A stretch of 63,602 nt of DNA, the filler included, from Octopus bimaculoides (Eukaryota), in the NCBI RefSeq assembly GCF_001194135.2. It is 6 parts of 5 records of this genome, joined end to end, with 100 filler letters (N's around TTAATTAATTAA, not from the genome) between each part and the next. Parts side by side here need not be neighbours in the genome. Positions count along the whole stretch, not along the records: positions 43,869 to 53,105 come from NC_068995.1; positions 53,206 to 62,106 come from NW_026318660.1; positions 62,207 to 63,602 come from NC_068984.1; 3 more parts are not named here. The stretch is one strand, 5' to 3'. Made by a program: the position numbers and the translations under genes. The notes beneath the pieces were generated by a model, which saw only the letters and a list, made by a program, of their open reading frames with translations, was not told the origin of the DNA and searched no databases. Of this stretch, positions 48,747-62,320 are shown in pieces (the stretch's first letter is position 1; each line of letters starts with the position of its first letter).

Positions 48747-48802
48747 TTTCCTTGTCATGTTGTGTGCTACAATTGAAGCAATTCAGAGAATAATGATCAC
48801 TC

Positions 48803-48961
48803 GTCATCATCATCGTCTTCATCGTTTAACGTCCGCTTTCCATGCTAGCATGGGTTGGACGATTTGACGGAGGACTGGTGAAACCAGATGGCTACACCAG
48901 GCTACAGTATGATCTGGCAGAGTTTCTACAGCTGGATGCCCTTCCTAACGCCAACCACTCG
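48803..48961 (-). mobile_element. SINE family C 3' part
   Basis: CATCGTTTAACGTCCGCTTTCCATGCTAGCATGGGTTGGACG...CCTTCCTAACGCCAACCACTC. Confidence 0.9.
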
Positions 48962-50417
48962 TCTAAAATAAAATTAAAAAGTAAGCCTCATAGTTATTTC
49001 ATTAGCTGTTTCATCACATCTAAGAACCCCAGCAAAGGAACATTTTCATGCTGATTTGATTTGCTAGAAATAGCCTGCAAATGTACCTCAGATTACACTC
49101 TGCCCTCTTAAGAAAAATAGAAAAAAAAAGAAAACGAAGGCAACATTGGATAATGTAGTCCCAGATAAGTTATGCCTGAAAATAAGAGAAGACAAAAATG
49201 CTCATAGATAAAGCACTTTTGATCACAAGCCCTCTCTATTAAAAAAAGTTTCTTTGAGGTCAGGAGAGGTTATTTGCGGCCAAAGACTTAGCAACACAAC
49301 AACAACAACAACAACAACACAGAAAAGATATATTTTTCTTCTAATTCTTTGTTTAATGCTTTTACTTTTGGTTTTACCCTCTTGAGAATAAGGATAGCTT
49401 TTTTTTCTTCTCTTTTCTTTTTGTCGATGAACAGATGAGAGGAGATGGACAGACAGAAGAAATCTACTGCGATAAATACTGTAACTTTGGAATATTTAAC
49501 TGGGGCGGTAAAACTAGTGTGAAAAACAAATCAGTGTTTTTATTTGGAGATGTTGTTGCTATGTCAATCTTCTCTATGATAATAGATCCATCATAAACAT
49601 ACTTAACCGATGCAGCTATTTCTAGCAAGTTCCATCAATATTGATCGATTGATTTGCTATTTTATTTTGTTTGTTGTTACTCACTCTTTAATTTTTTTTT
49701 TTCATTATTACCATCATCATCATCATCATCATTATTATTATTATTATTGTTAGTATTTTTTTTTTCTTTTTTGCTCTGTAAGCGAGGCTGTGTTGGCTAT
49801 GCGATTCTTGGTGCTGTGTGTTTGTTTACCTCTTTGACTAATTAATGCGGTAGCTTTCTTGAATGTGTATGAAAATACCAAAAACAAAACCAAACAAGAA
49901 AATAAAAAAGGAACAAAGCAAAACGTAAAATAGATATACAACTACAATAACGATGGTGACAACAACAACACCATCATCACCACCATCACCAACACCACTG
50001 CCATTGCCACCGCCACCGTCACCGCCAACAACAACAACAACGTCAACAAACTGCAGCGGAAAGGAAAAAAGCAAAGAAATATACAAAAATAGAAATAAAC
50101 ATCAAACAGGAGGAATTTTCCTCTTTTATTTTGTTTTTCGAATAAGAAATTAAATTTCAACTTTTAATATATCTCGTTATAACAAATAGTAATGATGAGG
50201 ATGATGGTGGTGGTGGTGGTGGTGGTGGTGGTGGTGATGATGGTGGTGGCAGTGGCGGTGTTGATGAAGGTGGTGGTGATAGGGTCGTGATGGTGAAGGT
50301 AGTGGTGGTAGTATGGCAGTGATGGTGGTGGTGGTGGTGGTGGCAAGCTAAAGAGAGAGACAGACAGACAAACATACAAACTGACAGTGAGACAGACATA
50401 CTCACATAAGTTTGACC

Positions 50418-50460
<43 letters not shown>

Positions 50461-50744
50461 TCAGACAGACAGAGATGGACAGACAGAGATGGACAGACAA
50501 ACTGACAAACAGACAGAGACAGACATACTCACAGACAGGTAGATAGATAGATGGATAGATATACACACAGAGACATGTTTGTATGTATGTGTATGCATAC
50601 ATATACGTGTATGTATGTCGTTGTTCAGTTTTATTTCTAGATTTCTTGCCAATAGAGAAAGAGTCAGCTTCTAACCTAAATTCAAGGCTCCTGCATTGGA
50701 ATTTCAACAGATGTATGTATGTATGTATGTATGTATGAACCCAT

Positions 50745-51050
50745 GGAAAACAAACTTCAACCAGCTATTCTGATTATATGTCTGTGCACACGTTTGAATG
50801 TGGCGTGTGCCAGAGGGTTTGCAAATCCAATGGGGGTCTTAAGAGACATGTTAGGATCCACAATGAGCAGAACTTACTTGCAGGTATTGGTAGTGCAAAA
50901 CAGAGGTGCAATCTGTGTGGGTGTTTTTTTCAAAACACTGTCTGGTTTAAAAAGCCACATCAGACGCCATGAAAGGGCTAAGGTGTAGGTGCAGGAGGTG
51001 GTCAAACTCTGTGTAAGGAGTAGACAACCACTATGTATGCATGTATGTAT
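50745..51050 (+). mobile_element. Probable RTE-clade LINE 3' end encoding two C2H2 fingers
   Basis: FECGVCQRVCKSNGGLKRHVRIH, then (frameshift) CNLCG..FKTLSGLKSHIRRH; short 3' UTR and (TATG)n tail. Confidence 0.6.
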
Positions 51051-51244
51051 GTAAGAGAGAGACATGCTTTCAAAACCAATAACTAAATAAAATTTAATAT
51101 CTTGAATTGTAATTAAATTTCAATAGACTGACCACATAGATACAATACAATTAAAAATAGCCCCTTTCTGGGTCTTTCTCTTTCATCACTTTCATTTTTT
51201 CTTCTTTACTCTCTCTTTCTCTCCTATGCTTCTTCCTGTCTCTT

Positions 51245-51275
<31 letters not shown>

Positions 51276-52206
51276 TTAAAAGACCAAATCCATAGCTTGA
51301 AATGTCATCAACAATCCCCAAACCATGCAAATACTTCCTTTCTGGTTTCTTGTCTCTCCATCCTGTCCCCCTCCCCCTCCATCTCCCTCCTTCCCTCTCT
51401 CCCCTCCTCTCCGCCCTGTTTTCTCTTCCACCTCTCCTCCTCAGCATTTGTATAAAAGCCAAGAAATCTTCTGTAAAAAATATATTTTGAAAAACCCCCT
51501 TGCACAGATGATAGCACTAAAAATAAAGAATTATCTAAAATTCTGACTGCCTCCTCTTTCTTAATATACAATATCTNNNNNNNNNNNNNNNNNNNNNNNN
51601 NNNNNNNNNNNNNNNNNNNNNNNNNNNNNNNNNNNNNNNNNNNNNNNNNNNNNNNNNNNNNNNNNNNNNNNNNNNNNNNNNNNNNNNNNNNNNNNNNNNN
51701 NNNNNNNNNNNNNNNNNNNNNNNNNNNNNNNNNNNNNNNNNNNNNNNNNNNNNNNNNNNNNNNNNNNNNNNNNNNNNNNNNNNNNNNNNNNNNNNNNNNN
51801 NNNNNNNNNNNNNNNNNNNNNNNNNNNNNNNNNNNNNNNNNNNNNNNNNNNNNNNNNNNNNNNNNNNNNNNNNNNNNNNNNNNNNNNNNNNNNNNNNNNN
51901 NNNNNNNNNNNNNNNNNNNNNNNNNNNNNNNNNNNNNNNNNNNNNNNNNNNNNNNNNNNNNNNNNNNNNNNNNNNNNNNNNNNNNNNNNNNNNNNNNNNN
52001 NNNNNNNNNNNNNNNNNNNNNNNNNNNNNNNNNNNNNNNNNNNNNNNNNNNNNNNNNNNNNNNNNNNNNNNNNNNNNNNNNNNNNNNNNNNNNNNNNNNN
52101 NNNNNNNNNNNNNNNNNNNNNNNNNNNNNNNNNNNNNNNNNNNNNNNNNNNNNNNNNNNNNNNNNNNNNNNNNNNNNNNNNNNNNNNNNNNNNNNNNNNN
52201 NNNNNN

Positions 52207-52241
<35 letters not shown>

Positions 52242-52812
52242 ATGTACATACATACATACACACACACACACATACATGTATAAATATGTGTTTGTGTCTG
52301 TGTATGCGAATATATACATTATATAAAACATGTTGAAATGGTTGATGCTATCTTTCCCTGTCAAATCATTCTGTAAATATATCTATATAATACACAATAC
52401 ACACATAGAGATGATGATGATGTTTATGATGATCAAAAGGTTGATGATGGTGATAATGATGGTGATGATGACATTTTACCTTTAACAGTACTCCATTTAT
52501 ATCTATACACACGTAACGTATATATGCACATATGTATATAAAATGTTTCTATGTCATTGTTTTAACAAGTATCTCTCTATGATTCGTTTAGAATATTTTT
52601 TTCTCAGTTGTCTGTCATTTCTCCATGTTTCTCTTTTGCTTTATTTATTTCTTTATATTTTATTCTTGTTATTTGACATGTTCTCAAACAAAACCAACAG
52701 CCTTTTGTTGGATTCGCTGTTTAATTGAAACATGCACACTCAGCATTAATACAATGTGTGATTTATTCAAAGTGGTCTAATCATGTTCCTTTGATTAAGA
52801 AGTTCTCAATAC

Positions 52813-52850
<38 letters not shown>

Positions 52851-52987
52851 CTCTCTCTCAGTCTCTCTCTCTCTCTCTCTCACACACTCTTCATCTATCT
52901 ATCTGTTTAGCTATCTGTCTGTTTACCAATCAGTTTATCTACAAGCCTGATTGACTATGTGTCTACCTACTTGCCTACCAATATAAT

Positions 52988-53026
<39 letters not shown>

Positions 53027-53030
53027 ATAC

Positions 53031-53105
<75 letters not shown>

Positions 53106-53924
53106 NNNNNNNNNNNNNNNNNNNNNNNNNNNNNNNNNNNNNNNNNNNNTTAATTAATTAANNNNNNNNNNNNNNNNNNNNNNNNNNNNNNNNNNNNNNN
53201 NNNNNTTAAAGTGAAAGTATTTGACATGAGTGTTTTTGTTTCACTTTTGACACAATACTTAAATAGTGGAAGAGATATTATGTTGCAGTGTGCTCGAACT
53301 CTGCAAGAAGTTAAACATTTTTTTTGACTAAAACACAACTGGAACCCTAAGTAAGGCATGTGTAAAATTTGAATGAAATTGGTTGCGTAGTTCTCGAGTT
53401 TTAGGGATTCACACAGACAGACACACATTCTCATTTTTATATATATAGATTTCAGCCAGCATAAAGGCAAGACGAACTACTATCTCTCTCCGCTCAAGTT
53501 CGTCACATCACAGCATTCAGTATCTCCTCCCGTTCAGCTTAACAGCCTTTAACATTGTTTTCACTGTTTAATTTTTCCTGTCTTGGTTTTTGTTTGCTAC
53601 TTTGGAATCCTTCACTTAGCAGGTTAATCCACTTCGTGGGAAGAGCTATTCTAAGAGCATGTTCTGCCTCATCTTCGAAACGCCTAGTTTAGAATAGAGG
53701 CAGCTCATGAAGGAAAAGTTCCATAAGTGGCTTATCTGTTTTCCTATGTATTCATTCTGTTTTCCGCAAAAAAAGTCTGTCTTTTGTGGTTTGTTTATAT
53801 TCCCGTTCCATTTTTGTCCACTTTTTTGATGTCCTGAACCCGGATATGCATCTATATATACATGTAGATGTAGGTATGTACATATATGTATGTATACATG
53901 CGTATGCTCATATATCATTTGTAT

Positions 53925-53962
<38 letters not shown>

Positions 53963-55459
53963 GGTGGGTGGGAGGAGAATTCACAAAATAACAAAAGACT
54001 AAGACAGGTGGTGTAGAAAACAAACAGATGTATTAATATAATGCTCTGGAATTGAAAAAGTCTTTAACATTTCAAGCCTAAGCTCTTCCAGAGAAAAGAA
54101 CACAGAAAGAAACAGGGATGAAACAAGTAGAGAAAAAAAATGTGTGTAGTGGTTAGTGATCTATCATGGTGAATGCTGGACAGAAGGGTCACACAGGAGA
54201 GCTAAGAAGAAGGGGAGATAAAAAAGTAGTGATCCCAAAACGAAGGTGCATGTTTGTGTAAGAGAGTACATATGTGCATGTGAAAGGGGGCTGGTAATCT
54301 TGACGTGTGCATGTGTGTGTGTAGGTGTGAAAATGTGAGGATGGGAATTGGTCAGTGCTGGTGTGTGCATGGTGGTGTGGTGTGATGGGGTTGGGAGAGG
54401 CGAGAGTGGAGAAAGCATGGGTGAGGTGTGGGTTAGGCTGAGGGTGGGAGTAGAGGTGGGGTATGTGGGAGAGGGTGTAAGGGATGGGATGGGGAAGGTG
54501 GGGTGGGCTTATGAGGGGGGTTGACGATGAAGGAGGAAGGGGAAGGTGTGTGTGAGAGAAGAGAAAGATAGTAGTGGTGAAGAGAAGTAGGAGTNNNNNN
54601 NNNNNNNNNNNNNNNNNNNNNNNNNNNNNNNNNNNNNNNNNNNNNNNNNNNNNNNNNNNNNNNNNNNNNNNNNNNNNNNNNNNNNNNNNNNNNNNNNNNN
54701 NNNNNNNNNNNNNNNNNNNNNNNNNNNNNNNNNNNNNNNNNNNNNNNNNNNNNNNNNNNNNNNNNNNNNNNNNNNNNNNNNNNNNNNNNNNNNNNNNNNN
54801 NNNNNNNNNNNNNNNNNNNNNNNNNNNNNNNNNNNNNNNNNNNNNNNNNNNNNNNNNNNNNNNNNNNNNNNNNNNNNNNNNNNNNNNNNNNNNNNNNNNN
54901 NNNNNNNNNNNNNNNNNNNNNNNNNNNNNNNNNNNNNNNNNNNNNNNNNNNNNNNNNNNNNNNNNNNNNNNNNNNNNNNNNNNNNNNNNNNNNNNNNNNN
55001 NNNNNNNNNNNNNNNNNNNNNNNNNNNNNNNNNNNNNNNNNNNNNNNNNNNNNNNNNNNNNNNNNNNNNNNNNNNNNNNNNNNNNNNNNNNNNNNNNNNN
55101 NNNNNNNNNNNNNNNNNNNNNNNNNNNNNNNNNNNNNNNNNNNNNNNNNNNNNNNNNNNNNNNNNNNNNNNNNNNNNNNNNNNNNNNNNNNNNNNNNNNN
55201 NNNNNNNNNNNNNNNNNNNNNNNNNNNNNNNNNNNNNNNNNNNNNNNNNNNNNNNNNNNNNNNNNNNNNNNNNNNNNNNNNNNNNNNNNNNNNNNNNNNN
55301 NNNNNNNNNNNNNNNNNNNNNNNNNNNNNNNNNNNNNNNNNNNNNNNNNNNNNNNNNNNNNNNNNNNNNNNNNNNNNNNNNNNNNNNNNNNNNNNNNNNN
55401 NNNNNNNNNNNNNNNNNNNNNNNNNTATAATAAAGTATATATATATATATATAATAAAG

Positions 55460-55490
<31 letters not shown>

Positions 55491-56700
55491 AAGTATATAT
55501 ATATATATATATAATAAAGTATATATATATAAAGTGGCAGCCTCTGATCAACACGTGTTTTTCTAAGCTCCAAGAAAATCGCCAAGAAATTTCTGGAAAG
55601 CTGCTAATTCTATTACAAATAAAACCCCAAAAAGCCTTGAATGCCTTCCTGCATGATAAAGAATACACTTGAGGACATATAAAGTGAAATATATTTAGCA
55701 GGAAGAATCTTTTGCGAATGTACGAAGTATAAACATTGCAAATAACAACACATGAATTTTACGAAATTTCTAAAATAACTGCGATTTTCAATCAGAGAAA
55801 AAAAAATCAGTATCTGAATAACTTTTGAGTGAAAACATAAAACACGTTTAAAGAAAAACCACCCAGAATATATAGAAGAGAAAAACAGAAAAATTAAAAG
55901 CCCTTACGAATATACAAAACGTAAACGATGTATCGTACTGAGCAGCACATGGTATCACCATAACTTGAAAAGAAGTTCAAAATCTTACACTGCTTTGGAA
56001 ATATCCATCTTTTTGGAAAAACTATTTAAGTATCTCTGTGTATTTATGTGTATTCTGTGTATTCTGTCATTTATTGAAGGCTATTGTTAGGGGAAGTAAA
56101 AGGTTAAATTTACATAAGGTCTTTTCTCTATGTTTTGCTTTTGACTTACGAGATTATTGATTATTGTAGAGAGGTTTAACTTTCATTACTTCTGATTTAA
56201 GAGAATTTCCATAGTTAGAGATAGGTATATATTTATTTTTCCCTATCCAAGTCGAGTCCCTTTCAAGAGTTTGCATAACTTCTCTCTCTCTCTCTCTCAC
56301 TCTCACTCTCTCTCTCTCTCTCTCTCTTCTCCATCATGTCATTTCCCCTTTATTGCTTCTCTCTAAATATATAGACACTCTCTCTCCTTCTTCTCTTTCT
56401 TTCTCTATCTCTTTACTTTACTCTATCATCCCATAATTCTTCTCAGGCCCTTAATCTCTCTTCTACTGTTTTCTCTTTTTCTCTCTCTCTATTTCCTCTC
56501 TATAAATACATAGATACACACTCTCTCTTCCTCTTTTTCTTTACTTTTCTCCATTGCACTGTCCTTCTCTCAGACTCTCAAACTCCCTAAATATAGTATA
56601 TATAATATAATATAGGATAAAATCTTTATAAGAATTTATCAAGTAGTCAGTGTGAAAAAACCCCATAAGGAAAAAAACCCATCGTTTTTTTCCATAAATA

Positions 56701-56756
56701 TATATAATTTATATAAGGGCATTACTATATAGTAATGCCCTTATATAAATTATATA
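56701..56756. other. Perfect 56-bp AT-rich palindrome (repeated at 57152-57207 across the gap)
   Basis: TATATAATTTATATAAGGGCATTACT-ATAT-AGTAATGCCCTTATATAAATTATATA. Confidence 0.95.
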
Positions 56757-57275
56757 GNNNNNNNNNNNNNNNNNNNNNNNNNNNNNNNNNNNNNNNNNNN
56801 NNNNNNNNNNNNNNNNNNNNNNNNNNNNNNNNNNNNNNNNNNNNNNNNNNNNNNNNNNNNNNNNNNNNNNNNNNNNNNNNNNNNNNNNNNNNNNNNNNNN
56901 NNNNNNNNNNNNNNNNNNNNNNNNNNNNNNNNNNNNNNNNNNNNNNNNNNNNNNNNNNNNNNNNNNNNNNNNNNNNNNNNNNNNNNNNNNNNNNNNNNNN
57001 NNNNNNNNNNNNNNNNNNNNNNNNNNNNNNNNNNNNNNNNNNNNTAGTATATATAATATAATATAGGATAAAATCTTTATAAGAATTTATCAAGTAGTCA
57101 GTGTGAAAAAACCCCATAAGGAAAAAAACCCATCGTTTTTTTCCATAAATATATATAATTTATATAAGGGCATTACTATATAGTAATGCCCTTATATAAA
57201 TTATATAGTATATATATGTGTGTGTGTGTGTATGCATACATATATGTATATGTATATATATATATGTGTATGTTT

Positions 57276-57357
<82 letters not shown>

Positions 57358-57524
57358 GACTCGCTCTTTCTCTCTCTTTATTTTTTCACTACTCTCTAAC
57401 ACAGTCTTTCTTCTCTCAGACCCTCAACCTCTATTATAAATACATACTCCCCCTCTCTCTATCTCTCTCTGTCTCTTCACTTCTCTCTGTTACACCATCT
57501 TTCTTCTCTCAACTTCTCAATCTT

Positions 57525-58095
57525 ACTCTCTTTTACTCTTTTACTTGTTTCAGTCATTTGACTGCGGTCATGCTGGAGCACTGCCTTTAGTTGAGCAAAT
57601 CAACCCTAGGACTTATTCTTTGTAAGCCTAGTACTTATTCTTTCGGTCTCTTTTGCTGAACCGCTAAGTTACGGGGACATAAACACACCAGCATCAGTTG
57701 TCAAGCGATGTTGGGGGGACAAATACAGACACACAAACATATGCACACACATACATATATAAATATATATATATATATATATACATACATTTTTACGACG
57801 GGCTTCTTTTCAGTTTCTGTCTACCAAATCCACTCACAAAGCTTTNNNNNNNNNNNNNNNNNNNNNNNNNNNNNNNNNNNNNNNNNNNNNNNNNNNNNNN
57901 NNNNNNNNNNNNNNNNNNNNNNNNNNNNNNNNNNNNNNNNNNNNNNNNNNNNNNNNNNNNNNNNNNNNNNNNNNNNNNNNNNNNNNNNNNNNNNNNNNNN
58001 NNNNNNNNNNNNNNNNNNNNNNNNNNNNNNNNNNNNNNNNACTGAACCCAGAACCATGTGGTTGGTAAGCAAGCTACTTACCACACAGCCACTCC
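57525..58095 (-). mobile_element. SINE family B spanning a gap
   Basis: Near-identical to 47541-47938 on both sides of the N run. Confidence 0.88.
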
Positions 58096-58114
58096 TGATA
58101 TACGCACAAACATT

Positions 58115-58148
<34 letters not shown>

Positions 58149-58151
58149 CTA

Positions 58152-58196
<45 letters not shown>

Positions 58197-58299
58197 AGCC
58201 TCTCAATCTCTCTAAATATATAGACACACTTTCTTTCTCTATTTCTTCACTACCCTCTATCACACCGTTGAAGTTTTTAAAATAAATAAATAAATAAAA

Positions 58300-61032
58300 T
58301 ATCCATAAAAATGTCCAGAACCTGGAGGAGCATGGAATTGACATTGTTTTTGAGAGCCAGGTGCTGTGCTGAAGGAGATAACCCAAACAACATAATCACA
58401 GCTGTGCTGAAGAGCAATGGTTACACCAGAACATTAGCACATATAGAATGAAAGAAACGGGAGTTTACATGCTCCTGTGCTCTCATATGATCCCATATCA
58501 ACACTCTTGATGCCATCTTTGATAATGAACACAGCAAAGATGACAAGGATGGAGGCATGGATGCAGATGAAAGATGTCACCCCCACTTGGTAGACACTCA
58601 AGAAGACAAAGAAGAAGATTCAAGCGAGATACCTGCCCAGAAAGTAAACCCAAGTGCAAGTGCCCTTACTACCATCAAAACAGAAAACCATGGAGGTGAA
58701 AGAGCCAAGAAAGAGCAACAGAAGCAAAAACTAAAACAAAAACAAAAGATGAAACAGCCAAAGAAAGAAGCAAACCTGACTACCCATATAACAAAAAGGA
58801 TAAATAGAGACAGCACACAGGAATGTGCAAGCTGCCATTTTGCACACCAAAGACTCCGCCACATAAACATGAAACAGGGCGGAAACCACCTGCCAAAAGG
58901 AAAGAACTACACACCACCTGCCCCAAAACAGAAGTACGCAGATGTAGTGTGTGCTACAAACCAGACCTATCAACATGTTGTTAAAAGGGCAGCTGCTGAA
59001 TAACAATCTTTTTTGTGCATGGCACAAAAGATTGTACAGCAGCTGACCTGGTTACATCAATCTCACAGATGGGACTATCCCCAATATACAAGACCACCAC
59101 AACAGATAGACCCAAGGTGGGCACCACTGGCAACAACACACACATCACATTGGTGCTCTTACTGAACATTAGAGGCTGTTAACACTTAGTAACAGGACAA
59201 AAATCCCTTTCTTGAGAGACCTTGTTGCATGCAATCAAGCCTTATGCATAGCACTTACGGAAATACACCTGAAATCAGATATAGCAAATGCAGAAATACA
59301 CAAACCACAGTATGTTGTATTACGGACCGACAGGAAAGGAGTCATGGTGGAGTTGCTATGTACATCCACGGAGACCTCACACCCCAGGTCCTTTTGTCAC
59401 ACTCAAATTCAGTATGTGACACACTAATTGTACATATAAGACAACTTGATGTAGTTATATGTGCTACATATCGCCCTCCAGATGCTCCGAATCATGTAGG
59501 CAAGTTTGAGGACTGCCTTACAAAAATAGAAGAAGTTCTAGTCACATTAGAACAATACATAGGTGTACTTATGGGAGACTTCAATCTGCCCAATGTCAGA
59601 TGGCCCGAGGGCCTTTCTCTCCCAGGAATGACGAGATACGAACAAGGACAGGTGAAGTCCCTCCTGAACCTCATCAACACTTTGTACATGGAACAAATAG
59701 TATTCTAACCAACCAGGGCAGGTAACATACTGGATCTCTGATTCACATATAGTATGGATCTCATCCATAATGTGAAAGTGACACCGACGCTACTCTCGGA
59801 TCACAACATGGTAGAGCTGACCATGTACGGACCAAAGGAAACCATGGACATGCAGCCTACAAGAAACTCTCAGAATCTTTCCAATTTGAACTGCCATAAG
59901 ACAAACTGGAAACAAATTGAGAAAGAGATCCTCAAACAAAACTGGCCTAAATGTCTCTCCTCACCGGACATTGGCATGAAACTTCAACAATTCATGTCTG
60001 TAATGCAAGAAAGGCCACTGTACACAAGAACAAAATCCCCAGGGAGAGGAAAATTCTTACGAGACGGTGTACAAAAGCTTCAAATCGCCTAAACAAACAA
60101 CTTGAAAGCAGTGAAAAGTCCCACCTGAAAATACAACTACTGGAGATTGAATAAAATCTGCAACTTTCCCATGAAAAAGAAAGAGCAGACAAAGAAGCCT
60201 GGGCTATAGACAATATAAAATCTAACCCCAGAGCTTTGTACAAGTTTGCCAAAGAAACAGCTTCAGCGCACTGCAGGATAGGGCCACTCGTCGAAAAAGA
60301 TGGTGCACTCACAGGAAACCCAAGGAGGATAAGTGAAATACTAAATGAGCAATTCAAAAGTGTTTTCACTCCACCCCTAGGACACTTTCAAGTCAGCAAT
60401 CAAACTGACTTTTTTACCACTGCAGATATAAAAACAGAGTCAATGATGATCGATTACATCAATATAAAGGAAGATGATGTAATAAGGGCTATAGATGAAT
60501 TGAACCTAAACTCAACTACTGGCTCTGATGGATTCCGAGCAATCCTTCTAAAAGTATGTAAGCGAGTCCTAGCAAGACCACTACAATCCCTCTTTCAGAA
60601 CTTCCTTGCAACTGGCATACTTTCAAAAAAACTGAAGGAGGGTAAAATATGCCTTGTTCATAAAGGAGGTAGCAGAGCGGAGGTCAAGAACTACAGACCT
60701 ATCTCTCTCACCTCACACATCAGGGAGGTCATGGAACGAATAGTCAGAAGAAAACTAATCGCCTTCCTTGAAGAAAATGACTTGCTACCAGACACCCAAC
60801 ATGGTTTCTGACCAAGAAGAAGCTGCCTGACTCAGCTCTTACAACACTATGACTGGGTGCTGAAACAGCTGCTCAACCACTCAAATGTGGAAGTGATATA
60901 TCTCGACTTTGCAAAGGCCTTTGATAAAGTCGATCATGGAATGATATGTCACAAACTGCGTGATCTCGGCATAGTTGGAAAATTGGGAGAATGGCTTCAT
61001 GACGTTCTGAAGGATAGAAGTCAGGTGGTAAA
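58300..61032 (+). mobile_element. CR1-group LINE: ORF1 tail, AP endonuclease and RT N-terminal half, decayed
   Basis: LLLNIRG, IALTEIHL, HGGVAMYI, ATYRPP, MGDFNLP, LSDHNMV, KNYRPISLTS, QHGF, YLDFAKAFDKVDH. Confidence 0.9.
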
Positions 61033-61065
61033 TCGTGAGTGGTGTTCTGCAAGGCACTCACACCA

Positions 61066-61113
61066 TCTCCGATGAAGGGATTTAATAAATATCGTGGAAA
61101 CAGCTGTAAGACC
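61066..61113 (+). ncRNA. Hammerhead-like motif (CCGAUGA core, palindromic stem III), stem II partly decayed
   Basis: TCT-CCGATGA-A-GGGAT/loop/ATCGT-G-GAAA-CAGCTG-TA|AGA; ACAGCTGT is a perfect palindrome. Confidence 0.5.
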
Positions 61114-61323
61114 TATTTATAAATGTTTTAAAATATACACAGCCTTGGTTTTTCATCTCATTACGAAAAGTAAATCCTTATATACACACGCTGATATATG
61201 ACCTGCGTTGAACCCCTTATTCACATAATCACCAAACCTGGAGCTTAACTGTGGTCTATCCATAACACTTACTCAGCATTACCTGAAACTTCTGGGTCTA
61301 ATTGACACCACTACCACTTGTAA

Positions 61324-61354
<31 letters not shown>

Positions 61355-61432
61355 ATATATATATATATATATGGATATATATATACATATGGATATATAT
61401 ATATATACAGATATACATATATATATACATAT

Positions 61433-61466
<34 letters not shown>

Positions 61467-61470
<4 letters not shown>

Positions 61471-62106
61471 TCATCATCATTGTTTAACATCCGCTTTCCA
61501 TGCTAGCATGGGTTGGACGATTTGTCTGAGGACTGGCGAACCAGATGGCTGCACCAGGCTCCAGTCTGATCTGGAAGTTTCTACAGCTGGATGCCCTTCC
61601 TAAAGCCAACCACTCCAAGAGTGTAGTGGGTGCTTTTATGTGCCACCGGCACAAGGGCTTGTCAGGCGGTACTAGCAATGGCCACGCTCAAAATGGTGTT
61701 TTCTACATGCCACCAGCACAAGTGCCAGTAGGGCGACGCTGGTAACAATCACGTTCAAATGGTGCTATTTACATGCCACTGGCATAGAAGCCAGACAACT
61801 GCTCTGGCAATGATCATGCTCAGACGGTGCTTTCAGCACTCCACTGGCACTGGTGCCAATATATATATCATCATCATCATCATCATCGTTTAACGTCTGC
61901 TTTCCATGCTAGCATGGGTTGGACGATTTGACTGAGGACTGGTGAAACCGGATGGCAACACCAGGCTCCAATCTAATTTGGCAGAGTTTCTACAGCTGGA
62001 TGCCCTTCCTAACGCCAACCACTCAGAGAGTGTAGTGGGTGCTTTTACGTGTCACCCGCACGAAAACGGCCACGCTCGAAATGGTGTCTTTTATGTACCA
62101 CACGCA
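61467..62106 (-). mobile_element. Two tandem SINE family C copies (61467-61858, 61868-62106)
   Basis: Both begin (CAT)n-(C/T)GTTTAAC.TC.GCTTTCCATGCTAGCATGGGTTGGACG. Confidence 0.9.
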
Positions 62107-62320
62107 NNNNNNNNNNNNNNNNNNNNNNNNNNNNNNNNNNNNNNNNNNNNTTAATTAATTAANNNNNNNNNNNNNNNNNNNNNNNNNNNNNNNNNNNNNN
62201 NNNNNNAGTATAAGAATTTATTTTTGAAAGGAGAGACATAGGAAGTATAAAGGGAAAGAAATGAATAAAAATAATTACTATATATTGGATGGTTTATTTA
62301 TCATATACATGCTCACACAG

